Shown here: positions 25,401 through 37,861 of the stretch, piece after piece
Position numbering within the stretch: the first letter of the stretch is position 1
Layout of the letters: every line of letters starts with the position of its first letter
Assembly (NCBI GenBank): GCA_964199315.1
Contig: OZ116705.1
Coordinates: forward strand, 7,874,001-7,938,000
DNA: 64,000 nt
DNA from: Orbicella franksi
Lineage: Eukaryota
Direction: 5' to 3'
Position numbers and translations under genes: made by a program
Notes under the pieces: model-generated
Told to the model about the DNA's origin: nothing
The model's input: only the letters and a program-made list of their open reading frames with translations
The model's database searches: none

Positions 25401-28028
25401 AGCAACCAAATGTTCATGCATGCTTAAATTACTTGCTAAAATTTGCAAGCTGCGTTGCCTTTAAAGTGCCTATGAAATAAAAAAAAATGTTGCCTACTTG
25501 AAAGGCTTCTGAAAGTAAAGAACAATGTCGTTTTCCTGGCCTTTCCTGTTTAAAAAATAACATCATATAGAAAAACGTGAACCTCATTAACATTATATAA
25601 CTAAACGGAGCTTGAGGCCTGCACTGAACTTTTCTGCAAGATGTGGCATGCTCGTCAAAACAAAAGCTTTATTATCGCTAAAAGCTTTTTTCCTTCCCGC
25701 ATTCGACGCAAGTAGAAAAGCATAAAACTGGCACTAGGGTGTTGAAAACCCATCGACGTAAACCCAGCTTTGAGGAGCGTGGTGAAGCTAAAACTTCATA
25801 ACTCTCTTTCAAATTTGCCCACATGCATTTTTTTTAAATATAGTTTTACTCAACCATATGCTGTTCTCCTCAGTAGTTTACTGACATACATTTTTACATA
25901 TAGCAGTTGGGAGAAACTGCTTGAATATCAGGAAGATGTATGTCACTTTTACCGTAATCATCTTCTTTAGTTAAAACATCTTAACGAGAATGCTCATGAT
26001 TTAATAAGTACTTCAATCATGTAGAGAAATTTGTGCTGATCGTTATTGAAACTTGAAGGGATAACGCTCTATAAAGAGATACATGCAAGTCGTAGTTCTT
26101 CTTGTAGAAAACAAAGCTGATCGACAGTCTGAGGATAAAGGATGGGCCGAGCAATCAGTTTTCCACACGTCTAATCTAACTTTATAAATTCGTCATCTTT
26201 CAAGAGAGAACAAAGGTTCTCTACTGGAACAGCTTCTTTATTTTCCTTACAAATGTTAAACATAAGTTGTTGATTTAACGCTTTTCATAATTTCGGGATT
26301 AGCAAGCTACATTGTACATGTCATGGACTCACTGGACATCTTCTTCCTTGCATTAAGCGCTTGAAAATTCACGAAAGAGAAACCTTCTCTACAGGAAGTG
26401 CTGCTTTATTTTCCTTGTATTTGTAAACATTAAGTTCTAAGTAGCCTTTATTTCGATAATTTCGGGATTAGTTTAACTCGCCACTCTAACCAATTTGTGA
26501 TAGGGTGGTAAATGTATTTGGTGATATTTCAATTATATTGCAGATTTAAGTTCAACAAACGTTTATTTAGTAGACAAGGTTCGCACTTTTCATAAAGCGA
26601 AAATAAAATGTCTCTTAGCTTTGGTAGAATAGTCAGCTTAATTAACGTACATGATGGTGGGCAAACTAAACACATCTGTTGCGTATTTACCTCAATTCGC
26701 CTTAATTTAGGTCACGTTAACTTCAAATACCTCAATTAACATGAGTATTAATTTCCTTTAGAAAATGGACCTTCTAAGAACTGCACTTTAGTAAGTTTGG
26801 TTGCGTGTTTTATTATGTATTTCTCACAGCCTTTGAGCGAATCGTCTTTAAATAGAAACGTAAACTCCTCGAAACACGACGGCGTCAAACTGTGCAAACA
26901 AACAACTGGTCGAATGATGAACACTTTTCCATTAACACACGTAAATCTAAAGTGCTTGTACTTTAAAATCTCTATCTTTCTCGTTCTTTGCTTGTTGGAG
27001 ACTCCAAAGGTTTTTGGGAAGAAGGAATTATAGCCTTTTGCATGAGACAAGAGATAATTTTCAATTACTTTAATGGAACAAGTGATGTCTTGGAACTATC
27101 AACAGAAACTTGATATCAAGGGGCAAAATTGCATAAATTCAAAGTTTTAAGGCATTGGTAGGAAGTGTAAACTCCGATTAGGAAATCTGTCGTCGTTTAC
27201 TTTATTGATTCTTGAGTAGCTTTCTCTCCCAATAGTCTTTCACATGTCTGGGTATTCAACATGTACACTTTCTCATTGTAGAATGTACAAATTTACGGGC
27301 AAACACGCGGGATGAAAAAGGGATATCATTAAGGAAGGTTACCGTCTCAATAAACTATATATGATGTTCAAAAAAAAAAAATAATAACATTCAAACAAAT
27401 GAAAGTATAACAATAAAATATCTAGATGCAAGACTAAATAGCGGAAATATGAAACTGAATCATCGCTGCGTTCAGTTTAAGAAAGAATATTATTTCTTAG
27501 AAGGAAAACCGAAATTTGAGAAATTTATTTTCTTCATTGATCTGAGGTTTAACTGCAGATAATTTATTCAATCAACGCTTGAGGACAGTGAATTAGCGTA
27601 ACGACCTTAACCATGCCTTTTATTTTGATAAAAAGCAAAACAAAACAAAACAAAACAAAACAACTAAAACTCAAGCTTTCACTAGAGTGGTTCTCCTTCA
27701 AATGTATTCAGTAACCAACCTACATGTAGGTAAATAAATTAACTAAAGAACCGTATTCTATTTACTCATTAAAAATGCACAATCAGAGCAGAAAGTTTAT
27801 ACGTACTTTGTGGAGTGCAGTCTCTTGTCAAGTTAATAAGTAACATGATTGGTTTACGTCTGTTATCTGAGCACTGTTTTAAATTTAAGCCATATCATGC
27901 CATCTTTCAGTAGTCGTTGGTAGCTTTTGCTGGAGCTTAATTCGACAAGACACCACTGGTGACTATTCAATACTTTATTGACTTGTATCTGAGACTTATT
28001 AAGTGGAGACATCCGCCGCAAGTTAAGA

Positions 28029-28098
28029 ATGAGTTTCTCTCTGCTTTTCGTTCTCGTGTCATGGATTTCAGTAATCCCTTGTCCAACTCGGGCGCAGG
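28029..28098 (+). CDS. Signal-peptide first exon B (proximal) of copy 2
   Basis: ATG at 28029; MSFSLLFVLVSWISVIPCPTRAQ + G, donor GTGAGT at 28099, phase 1. Confidence 0.78.
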
Positions 28099-29399
28099 GT
28101 GAGTTTAAAAAAATTTCCTCTTTACCTGCTTTGTATTTTATAGATGCTATCTTAATTTCTAAGTCAGCGTTCCCCAGTTTGGTTAAAGATGGCTGTTAAA
28201 GGATTCTTGATAATTTGGGAAACGAATCTTTAGTCGGAAATTATACTTAGACTAATATGTTCGAATAAGCATCACATTGTTTCCATTCTGTCTTACGCTG
28301 AGTCAGTGCCGTATCTCTCTGTACCGCATTAATCCTGGGAAGCGCGGACGTATGACGAGAATAAAGGAAATCAAGCGTAGCATAAACTGATATTGTCACA
28401 ATAGTCTTTTGAAAATTAAGTGATATGTAAGCAAGCCTATCTACTTCTCTTTGTGATCGAGGGTTAGTCTGTAGTCCACTGGTTGAATCGGGAACCAAGA
28501 CATTCGCTGATGATCTCTGATTAGTCGTAGATTTGGAAGCGATGTGATAGAATGCTACACCCGTTTGTCTTCATAACCAGTTAAATAATTCCAAAAAGTG
28601 CCGCATTGTCAGCATGTAAAACGAGGAAGTGAGACAAATCTTAAACTAGCTTTACCTCTAATACATAAAAAGGCAAATGACAACAGTTTGAAGAAACCAT
28701 GTTTCCTTGATTAAAGGTTAAGCTGAGCATTTTCCTCTTCATTGGAAAGTGTGTCTAACAGTTAACTAGAGCTGCTTACTGTAAATCCTTGGACAGTCAC
28801 TCGATCTTTTTAAGTCTAATAAACAATATCTCGTATGAGATACGTGCGTCATTTGAATACCATATCATGTATACGATACGTGCATCAGCCGTGTTTACCA
28901 AATTCAAATTACTTCAATTTTCTTATCTTGTGTTTTAAACCTGATTTTACTTTGTGATACATGTATGTACGGCTCATGCTTTTTATTAAAACAGTCCGTT
29001 TCCTAGCGCGAGTAGAATAATCAATTCTGCAATTTTTTGGCCTGTAGATCGAAACTCAAAGATTTCAGAGGAAGTTGCTGCTGTTTCTCAAAAATCACCC
29101 AAAAGCCAGGCAAATTTTTGAGCAGACAAGAGAACTCTGATGTGATATTTATTTGTTCGGTTTGGTGTTCGTTCATGTACAAGCCTTCCTTGTGAAATGC
29201 GATACAAACGCAGAACCTGAGAAAGCGCTGTTGACATTGTGATGGCACGAGTAAAGAGAATTAATATTATGATTTTTCTTCATTTTCTTGCATTTTTTCC
29301 CGAGGAAAAGGAATTTAAAACATAGTATAAATTAACTTGAATTCAAGATCGTGCAGTGGGTAATAGTCAGGTGCTTGAATATGTATGATAAAAAGAGGA

Positions 29400-30230
29400 A
29401 ATTTAAGGTGTGTTAACGCGCACAATTCAAGGAGTGTTAAAGTGCACAATTTAATGAGTAGTATAGTGTGGGATTTAAGGAGTCTTATTGTGTACAATTT
29501 AAGGAGCCTTAAAATGCGCAATTTAAGGATTGTTAAAGTGCACAATTTTAAGAGTCTTAAAGTGCGTAATTTAAGGAGTGTTTAGTTGCACAAATTAAGG
29601 AGCCTTAAATTGCGGAATTTCTAGAGCCTCAATGTGCGTAATTTAAGGAGCCTTAAAGTGCACAATTTAAGGAGTCTTAAACTGCGCTATTAAAGGAGTC
29701 TTAAAGTGCGCAATTTAAGAAGTCTTAAAGTGCGCTTTTTAAACAGTCTTCAAGTGCGCAATTCAAGGGGTCTTTAAGTGCGCTATTTAAGTTGTGTTAA
29801 AGTGTGCAATTTTAGGAGTCTTAAAGTGCGTAATTTAAGAAGTGTTTAACTGCGCAAATTAAGGAGTCTTGAATTGCACAATTTTAGGAGTCTTAAATTG
29901 CGCAATTTCAGGAGTCTTAATGTGCGTAACATAAGAAGCCTTAAACTGCACAACTTAAGGAGCCTTAAATCGTGCTATTTAAGGAGTCTTAGAGTGCGCT
30001 GTTTAAGTAGTCTTAAAGTGCGTAATTTAAGAAGTCTTAAAGTGCGCTATTTATAAACAGTCTTAAAGTGCGCAATTCAAGGAGTCTTAAAGTGTACTAT
30101 TTGAGGAGTCTTAAAGAGCGCAAGTTAAGGAGTGTTAAAGAACGCAATTGAAGGAGTCTGAAAGTACATACGTTAAGGAGTGTTAAAGTGCGCAACTGAA
30201 AGAGTCTTAAAGTGTTTAATTTAAGGAGTG
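29400..30230. repeat. 24-bp minisatellite, ~35 diverged copies, in intron 1 of copy 2
   Basis: Consensus TTAAAGTGCGCAATTTAAGGAGTC, varying mostly by substitution. Confidence 0.95.
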
Positions 30231-32059
30231 ATAAGCGCCCAATGAAACTTGAAACTAGATATATTACGTAAAGCATTTTTTGGTGATTTTACGAAAGCTT
30301 TAATAAAGAAGACTTGGCCCAGATACTGATAATGTTCCAAATTGTTTCTGTGGTTCAGGACCAATTTACAGAAACACTCGTGAAAGTATCAGAAAAATGC
30401 ATAAAAAAAGCTGGATAGGAATACAGAATTTTATCTTATTTTTCACCCACAGTGTAACGACTAAAATTGTCGTGATTCTCATCATTACCCACCGCTAATT
30501 TAAAATAACAATACTGTTAGTAGAGGTTGTTTAAGCGCAAATTCTAAAGAAAAGTTTGCCAGGGTCTAGACCCAATAGTAAAAGTGTTATCGAATTAAAT
30601 GCGAATTATTTTGTAAAAATTTGCCAAAGATTAAAATCGATGATGATGTAAATCCGACATAGATGTCGTGTCTCGTACTAATTAGCCATTTCCAAATTTA
30701 AGGCAATCTAATTTCTCTCTTGCAACACGGAAATTTTCTCGAAGACTTGATCTGACCTATCAGTCAACAAAAGCTAATATTAGGAGGGGACGGTTCCTTC
30801 TTCTGCCGTTGAGCGAAATTTCGGGTTCCAGAACTACTAATTTTTTTAAAACTAAACTTGAAAAGCTTGTTCAGCACTCGCTATTGTCAGAATATTAACA
30901 GGCTGTCTAAATAGAGAGTTGGCAAAAAACAAAAAAAAAACAAAAAAAAAAAACAAAAAAAACATGGGTACTTTGTTGAAATACCTCCAAATTCTCACAA
31001 AGACAGTAACTGAGAAATGTGTGATGCTTAGATAGGAGAATTTACGCTTGATATCGGCAATGAGAAGATTACAAAACAAGCCGTCACTTGCACTACGTTG
31101 TTCTCTAATTATTACTAAATTACGACTTCGAGGTGTCCAGTCTTCTAAATATTCGTAGTTTGCTATTTCATTTAAACACCAAGTAAGTGATTTAAGCATC
31201 AGGGTGGAATTTTTAAGAAAAAATTCACCTGAGGTACGAGTAGCATGTAAACAAACACTTTGTACTGAGATTGTCTACATCGTGTTGCAAAATTCTGTTT
31301 CACTGTTTTAAAATTCTTCTGAAAAATTAATTATTTCTAACACACTACATAGGGAAAAAACACTTGAAAGTACTGGTGAAATGAAAGTAATGATATAATT
31401 TTACCTGCGTTTGCATTATTTCTTTGAACTGTGAAATTTATTTTATCCAGTTCCCATAAATAAGATGTTATCAGTGTTACTCAAGGTACCTAGTTGATAT
31501 ATCTTTAGGTTTAAGAAAATGTAAAAGGGACTGAAAAGTACCTAAAATTAATCTGGTCCACTAAAAACTGAAATTTCTCGATTTACTATCGCATTTCGTC
31601 GTAAATTCTTCATAAAAAAGCGATGGCACTGAAAGGTGAACTCGGAAATAAATCATGCAGTTATCATGGATCCTCACAAGACTTAGCAAGCGGGAAAGAA
31701 AATTGCGACTACACTCTTAACTCCCCTTTAAAGAAGTTATTTCATATATATTTGGTATCACAACAATAACGAACCGGTTAGAAATTATAGTTTCACCGAT
31801 TTCTTTATACAAAGGTCTGGCAAAAAAAAAAATCAATCTTGTGCGTGGAGAGTAAAGCCAAATAAAGATATACTGCGTGTTGATAGGAGATACTTTGTAC
31901 ATAAGCCCTCATCGCTCACTCCTAAATTACTCTGTTCTTTTTAAAATGTTCGACTATTTATTCTTGTTTCAGACTTTAATTATAAAAGCATGTTTCAAAT
32001 TTTCTTTTATTTATTATAAGCTCTAGATAAACATATATATATATATTTTTTTTTTTCAG

Positions 32060-32319
32060 ATGGAGGACGTGAGCTGTACTTTCCAGCCTACTATTTCTAT
32101 GCTGAGAAACGTTTAGTGAACCACACGATAAAAACCATGATTGTTAAGGACTTGGACGAGTATGAATACCGTTGCTACCTGGATGCAAACTGTGTCAGTC
32201 TTAATATTAAGAACAAAGATCCTAACGGAACACATGAATGTGAGCTGAATAACTCCACTCACTTGGAGCATGACGGGGATCTGAGGAACAACCAGCTTTA
32301 CTACTATCGTGGCGCCGAA
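32060..32319 (+). CDS. Gene copy 2, exon 2: PAN/apple-like domain (one Cys>Tyr)
   Basis: AG at 32058-32059, GT at 32320, 260 nt. About 15 differences from copy 1 by my count. DEYEYRC replaces DECEYRC. Confidence 0.8.
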
Positions 32320-33737
32320 GTAAGTAACCATGACATTTTTAACCTTGCGCCCTCGATTGCTTTGTTAGATTGTATATTACCACCGGGAGTCCTCACTCAC
32401 AAACGTTTGAGGCTTGAACAAGTAATGAGAACAAGCAGGCCTTAAGCCAGAGACAAGAAGTGAGCAGGACTCGGAAGAGAACACAATTCATCCTTGTAGG
32501 GAGGAAGTGGTTGGGGTTGGCAAAAGTCTATAGTTGAAAAGAAAACAATATAAGAGAGAAGACAATTGCAGGATAATGCTGGCCTATACATATCCAACCA
32601 GCGTATACATTTGTAACGAATTATCCCACAGCTTATGACACAGTTAACGTTTGGCCAACTGATTTTAACCCTTTTTTCACTGATTATTGCAGTCTGTTGA
32701 TAAACAGAAATTTATTAGGCGACTTCTTTTGTTTCAAACACGAGTAGTATCTTTCTAGTCATGCAGGAAAAACAAACACCGGAAGCTTGAAGTTTGTGGA
32801 GCTAACCGCCAATCAATTTTAGAATATTGCGATCGATATAAGATACTGTACTGCAACAAGAGGCTAAAGAGTCGTTCTCGTTATAGGTTTCATGTAAATT
32901 TTGGTTAGAATTAGGCGATACGCCCAAAATATCCCAGTATTTTATCACAAATGAAATGGCTTAGATCACACTCGGGTTGTGTTTAATAATACCTCCTTTT
33001 TCTTCCGCATTTTGTCGGGTAACAGAATTTCAGTTTAAAAAGTAAAGAAGAGCTATATCATGTCATTCGAAGATACCTCATTCGTACTTAACCTTGCGCG
33101 TTCTTAATTTCGCGAGGTTTTATTTCGCGACTTCAGGATATGATGTTGAGAAAAGAACATTAAAAATCGCAAAAGTACGTCGAGAAAGATCAAATAACAC
33201 TTGATGAGGCAATTACTTGACTTCGTAAATTGATTACCGTAGCTAATTTCGCGAGCGTTTTTTGCGAGTCTTAAAATTCGGAAAAAATCACGAAAATTAA
33301 TACTCGCGAAAAAACTGAGAGCGCGAAAAAATATGGGAACTTTAACACCAGATTATGTAAGAAATAATCCTTGGCTAATTTTAAATGATGTTTAGTCACG
33401 GGTTCGTTGGTTATCGGTTGATTATTTTTCCCTGAAAATATCCAGTCTTTATGTGGTCTTGCTTTCAACTAATTAGCATTCTTCCTGCGATTCACCGTCA
33501 TCTTTAGCTTGTAAATTCACAAAAACCTCTTTAGTACAGTCATAAAATTTCCATTTGTAGGCTACTTCTGGGGAAACGGGATCCTCGGATAAGGAACTGG
33601 GAGATTAAAACAATGGGAAAGCTGTGAAATTAAATGTACTTGTGAAATTTGTTTTCCTGCAATCGCGAAATGCAGCTCCCAGATTCTCGCGAAAATTAGT
33701 AAGAATAACCTAACTAATTTTTGTTACTTTGATTTAG

Positions 33738-33858
33738 AATCATTGTGGAAAGCCCCAGGAGAAGTGCCAAAACAACGCAACTTGTCTGTCCGATTTTACA
33801 AGTAAGAAATATCGATGTGTGTGCAGTCCTGGTTTTGAGGGCGAAAACTGCGAAAACG
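33738..33858 (+). CDS. Gene copy 2, exon 3: EGF-like domain
   Basis: AG at 33736-33737, GT at 33859, 121 nt. NHCGKPQEKCQNNATCLSDFTSKKYRCVCSPGFEGENCEN. Confidence 0.85.
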
Positions 33859-34189
33859 GTAGGTATAAAAGATATCTTGAGTCGTAACAAGAGAAACAAA
33901 AAAACATCTTATCTTGTAGGAACTTTTAAGCAAGCCAAGAGATATTATTATGCTAAAAATGACTTTCCATGTCTTACTACAACGAAAACCCAGAGGGTGC
34001 TTCTGTCCACCTACTCCTCCCTTGCACTACGGTCGGGGTGCGAGTGAGGAAAAAATAGCAGAACATGACCCACCATGCTTAACACACAGAGTCAGTTTCA
34101 AAAACCGTTAGGTTAGAAAACCGACGGAAAAAATCACATTTTTGACCGTTGGCTTAAATATAACAATTATATCACATTCTATCTCCCAG

Positions 34190-34318
34190 ATATCAATGAG
34201 TGTGATGCACAGGACAACCCATGTGCTGCCGTTGCTAACTCTGTGTGCAGTAATACGAATGGATCGTACTATTGCAAGTGTAAAGATGGATTCGTAAAGA
34301 ACGGTGCAACCTGTGAAG
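34190..34318 (+). CDS. Gene copy 2, exon 4: calcium-binding EGF domain
   Basis: AG at 34188-34189, GT at 34319, 129 nt. DINECDAQDNPCAAVANSVCSNTNGSYYCKCKDGFVKNGATCE corresponds to copy 1 exon 5. Confidence 0.87.
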
Positions 34319-34463
34319 GTGCAATATAATTTGGTTCATAACATGAGTATCCTTACGTTGCTTAAAACTAGTTACAACCTGTCCGTAAGGAGTTGCTATC
34401 CGCTCCATCCCCCATTATGTGTAAGACACACCTCATTTTCGTATTCTCGGTGTTGGACTGGAA

Positions 34464-34771
34464 CTACAATCGTTGACAAAAGTCCATGGGACACTTATGT
34501 AATATAACAAATTATCTGTGTTTTAGAACTGACGTTTGACAAAAAGAAGAAGAAGAAAAAAACGCTGCTATATCCTTTAAAAACCCGTTGCTGTTCCCCC
34601 TTCCCACCCAACGCAATGTTGAAAATCATGTGAAATTGCAGGTACTAGTTTTCAACATTGTATGGGAGGTGGGGGGCGAGGTTAGGCAGGTGAAGTTGTA
34701 TTCGCCTCTGGCGTGTGAGCAAAAGCGCCAAAAGTGCAAATTTGTCACAAGACTTTTGTCCATGATTGCAG
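34464..34771. mobile_element. MITE with ~21-bp TIRs (CTRCAATCRTKGACAAAAGTC)
   Basis: CTACAATCGTTGACAAAAGTC at 34464 and GACTTTTGTCCATGATTGCAG ending at 34771. Right ends of the same family lie at ~12700-12720 and ~51590-51610. Confidence 0.7.
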
Positions 34772-35331
34772 CTTGCGACTGCGGCTAATGCGGGGAGTAT
34801 TTTCAAATGCAAATGACTTTAATCTCCTTTTGATGATATTCCCCCACACGAGCCTCCATTGCAAGCTACAGCCATGGTCACAAGCGTTAGGAATCGTCAT
34901 TCTTTTCGCATTTTGCCCCTCCCTACCCCTGTGTAATGTTGACATAACACTTAAGTCCAACACAAGTTTGCATTAGACCATTTTCCAACATTGAAAGGGG
35001 GAATGAGGCGGACACTCATTCTGTAGATATAACAGTTAAGATTATTTTCCAACACAATTTTTCCATGATTGCAGTTCCAGTCCAATACTGAGAATACGAA
35101 AATGTTCTCTTAGTGCACCTCTTCCTATTTCACGTGATTTACACTAATGGAAATTTAGTTCCTTTTTTTTTTTTGTATTTCATACGCCAAACGAAAAATC
35201 GGAGAGCATTAAAGACGCTAGAGTTTCTCTCGACTGCGCATCTAGCAGCTTTATGATCCACGCTAAAGCATGAATCAATTCTTAATTACGTTTATCACAT
35301 ATTTATTTACACATTTGTGTATTTTCTTTAG

Positions 35332-35696
35332 ATGATGTATGTCACTGGCAAAAATACCAAAATCTCTCAGATGCAGACAGAAAACATGACTACGTAACAA
35401 CAAACGCCAAATGTGACAACACACTCAATGGCTGGTATCGCTTCCAGGGAGCTGCAGGCACAAAAATGGTGACAGCATGTCCACCGATGAACCATTGTGA
35501 TGCAAACTTTCCTATCTGGTTGAATGGTAGTCATCCTACAGTGGCTGAGGGTAAAGTCACAAGAAACGTCTACATCAATAAGTTTGGCTGTTGTGACCCA
35601 TTCTTCCCCATTTAAGTAAAGAACTGCAGCTCCTACTACATCTACAAGTTGGGTAACGTACGGGATTGTAACGCCCGTTACTGCAGCACTGACTAA
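35332..35696 (+). pseudogene. Gene copy 2, terminal D8C exon with premature stop
   Basis: AG at 35330-35331. DDVCHWQKYQNLSDADRK...WYRFQGAAGTKMVTAC...CCDPFFPI*VKNCSSYYIYKLGNVRDCNARYCSTD*. In-frame TAA at 35613-35615 (copy 1 has AAA); ancestral stop at 35694-35696. Confidence 0.85.
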
Positions 35697-35802
35697 TCCA
35701 GTTACAAATGACGTTACTGTAATACCTAGACATCGCGATTACTAACAGGCCCGGGCACCCGAAAAACAAGCAAATGGAACTACAGAAGAAATTTACCTAG
35801 CA

Positions 35803-36002
35803 TTAGACCTTTTCCGAGTGGGCGGTTTGTTGCCCCATTTCAGACCACGTGATAATACTCTTGAGAATTCTTCCCCTCAAATATTCAAATTGTCCCGTGT
35901 ATGTGAATAAATAATTTTTAGATGGATAAAAGAACAATTCTCTAGAGAATATCACGTGGTCTGTAATAGGAAAACAAACCGCCCAAGCGAAAAAGGCTTA
36001 TT
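35803..36002. mobile_element. Fold-back MITE with long imperfect TIRs
   Basis: The left arm ttagaccttttccgagtgggcggtttgtt...cagaccacgtgata mirrors the right arm tatcacgtggtctg...aacaaaccgcccaagcgaaaaaggcttat. Confidence 0.7.
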
Positions 36003-36288
36003 AAAGACAATATTATATCATGGGGTGATCCCTCAATGTTGGACTTTACAAGTACAAGTATTTCTACACAGATTGTTTCATGTTGTAGAAATCATGGGGG
36101 TTGAGGGTCACGAGGTTAACAATTTTTGGTCAAAATATCTTCTTTACAGCTAGATTTTTTTCTTTGTTCTCTGTCTCCCTTGCGTTTTCGAAGGGGAGAG
36201 TGCAAGCTGCGCATGATTTTTTTTTTTAATGAATTTTCTTCTTTTTTATTTTTATTACCAGCTGTATTCTTGCTATACAACTGTAGTA

Positions 36289-36408
36289 CAGTAATAGCCC
36301 ACGTATAAGAACCTGTTAGGCTAAAATTTTTATTTTAAGCCCCCTCCACATAAGAACCTATTTAGGCTAAATTGAAAAATTCAGGTTCTTATACGTGGGC
36401 TATCACTG
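36289..36408. mobile_element. Tc1/mariner-type MITE, 120 bp
   Basis: 27-bp TIR CAGTAATAGCCCACGTATAAGAACCTG / CAGGTTCTTATACGTGGGCTATCACTG (1 mismatch), with TA on both flanks. Confidence 0.85.
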
Positions 36409-37059
36409 TACTATAGTACACGTGACTCCACACTCACTCGAATGATGCCGCGCGGAATGAGGTATATCATGTACAACACTTTACTAATAATACTAATTTA
36501 GAGGCATTCCAAAGATCGTTCAATGTCAAGATTGATAACATTCAGCCTGAGTCGACCATACCAGACTCAAGTTGTTAATCAAGCACGTAACCAAGGAACG
36601 ACCAATAAGAACATGCATCAAGCAATAAGGCTTGTTGTTGCATCAAACCGGACGAAATTCCAGCTCCATTACAATGTCTCTTGAGAGTTTTTTTACCGTG
36701 GAAAACAGAACAGCTACAGTGTAGCTGTTCTGTAATATCACAATGCGGTAAAAAAAGTATGCAGCCATTTCTAGATTATTCCTGAACGATTGCCACTTCC
36801 AACTAAATCCTTTTCCTCAAACCAAGAATCCAGTTGGAACATTTGAGGTATAAAGAACATCGTTCAGACTGCTCTGGCATTTTTCTATTTCATTACTAAT
36901 TCCCTCGATGCTAACTGGACGGCATTAGAGTGTGAATTACGTTTTCGCACACCATAAAGGTAAGCGCACAAGCTGGAGTCACTCTGAAAAACAAAAACAA
37001 AAAATTATTTAATAATAAGGACAGACACTTGCTAGTTGCTTCTTTGATTGTTTATTGAC

Positions 37060-37350
37060 TTCACAATTTAGTTTCGAGTTGGCTTGTTTGTTGGTAATAT
37101 CTTTTTTTCGTGTTTCCTAGTTTTCGTGTTTGTTTGTTTGTTTATGTTTGTTACTTTGCTTGTTTGTTCGTTTGCTTGTTTTGATGTCTGTTTCCTAGTT
37201 TGCATGCTTGTTATCTTGTTTTAATGTTTGCTTGTTTCCTTTGTTTGTTTGTTTTGTTTTTGTTTCATTTTCCATCGTGCTGCTTTATTGTCTGTGTTTG
37301 CTTGTAACATTTAATTATTTTTGCTCTTTCTTTCACTGGTGTTTTTGTTT
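37060..37350. repeat. T-rich low-complexity (GTTT) tract
   Basis: Degenerate gttt/ttgc repeats, positionally equivalent to 8210-8560. Confidence 0.8.
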
Positions 37351-37416
37351 GAAACATTGTTAACCACGTGAAGTATATATGAAATAACTCATATTTGAAC
37401 TGCGGTTGTAGATGAA

Positions 37417-37713
37417 AGTGAAGAATGATCGTCGCAGTAAATTTTCCAATTTAAGCAATTGGAAAGAAGAAGCCTGAAAAAAATCAGAACGTCAACGGGA
37501 TTCGAACCCGTGACCTCCGTGATACCGCTGCGATGTTCTACCAACTGAGCTATGAAGCCACACATACTTCATAGCTCAGTTGGGTAGAGCATCGCACCGG
37601 TATCGCGAAGGTCACAGAATCGAATCCTGTTGAAGCCTTGATTTTTTTTTTTTTAGGCTTCCTCTTTCCAATTGCTTAAATCGGAAAACTCACTGCGATG
37701 ATCATTCTTCACT
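37417..37713. repeat. Palindromic element made of two inverted tRNA-like heads (tRNA-derived repeat, not a functional tRNA)
   Basis: The + arm (37567-37637) CTTCATAGCTCAGTTGGGTAGAGCATCGCACCGGTATCGCGAAGGTCACAGAATCGAATCCTGTTGAAGC contains A- and B-box-like motifs. The mirror arm lies at 37488-37558, and the outer arms extend the inverted repeat to ~145 bp each. Confidence 0.8.
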
Positions 37714-37828
37714 GTCATTGTTAAACACGTCAAGTGAAAGAGTCGTTGAATTATTGCGCCTTTCAAAAACACGCAAACTCTGAAGCTCAGTCAAACCTCA
37801 ACTAAGTTATTTTTGGTGTTGTTTTTTT

Positions 37829-37861
<33 letters not shown>

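Noticed and set aside
24114-27050. Set of 60-108 aa ORFs repeated at 54714-57654
   Set aside because: They recur only because of the segmental duplication; lengths and frames differ between copies and the composition is intron-like.
29385-30056. Functional leucine-rich-repeat protein from the 24-bp array
   Set aside because: There are several in-frame stops, the position is intronic, and an 8-residue period is too short for an LRR. Kept only as a possible decayed origin.
29400-30230. CRISPR array (also considered for 18660-18720 and 19420-19535)
   Set aside because: There are no unique spacers, no cas genes, and the context is eukaryotic. These are a tandem minisatellite and transposon subterminal repeats.
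37488-37637. Two genuine tRNA genes
   Set aside because: The stems are mismatched, the two arms are mirror images extending well beyond tRNA length, and the context is an interspersed repeat.
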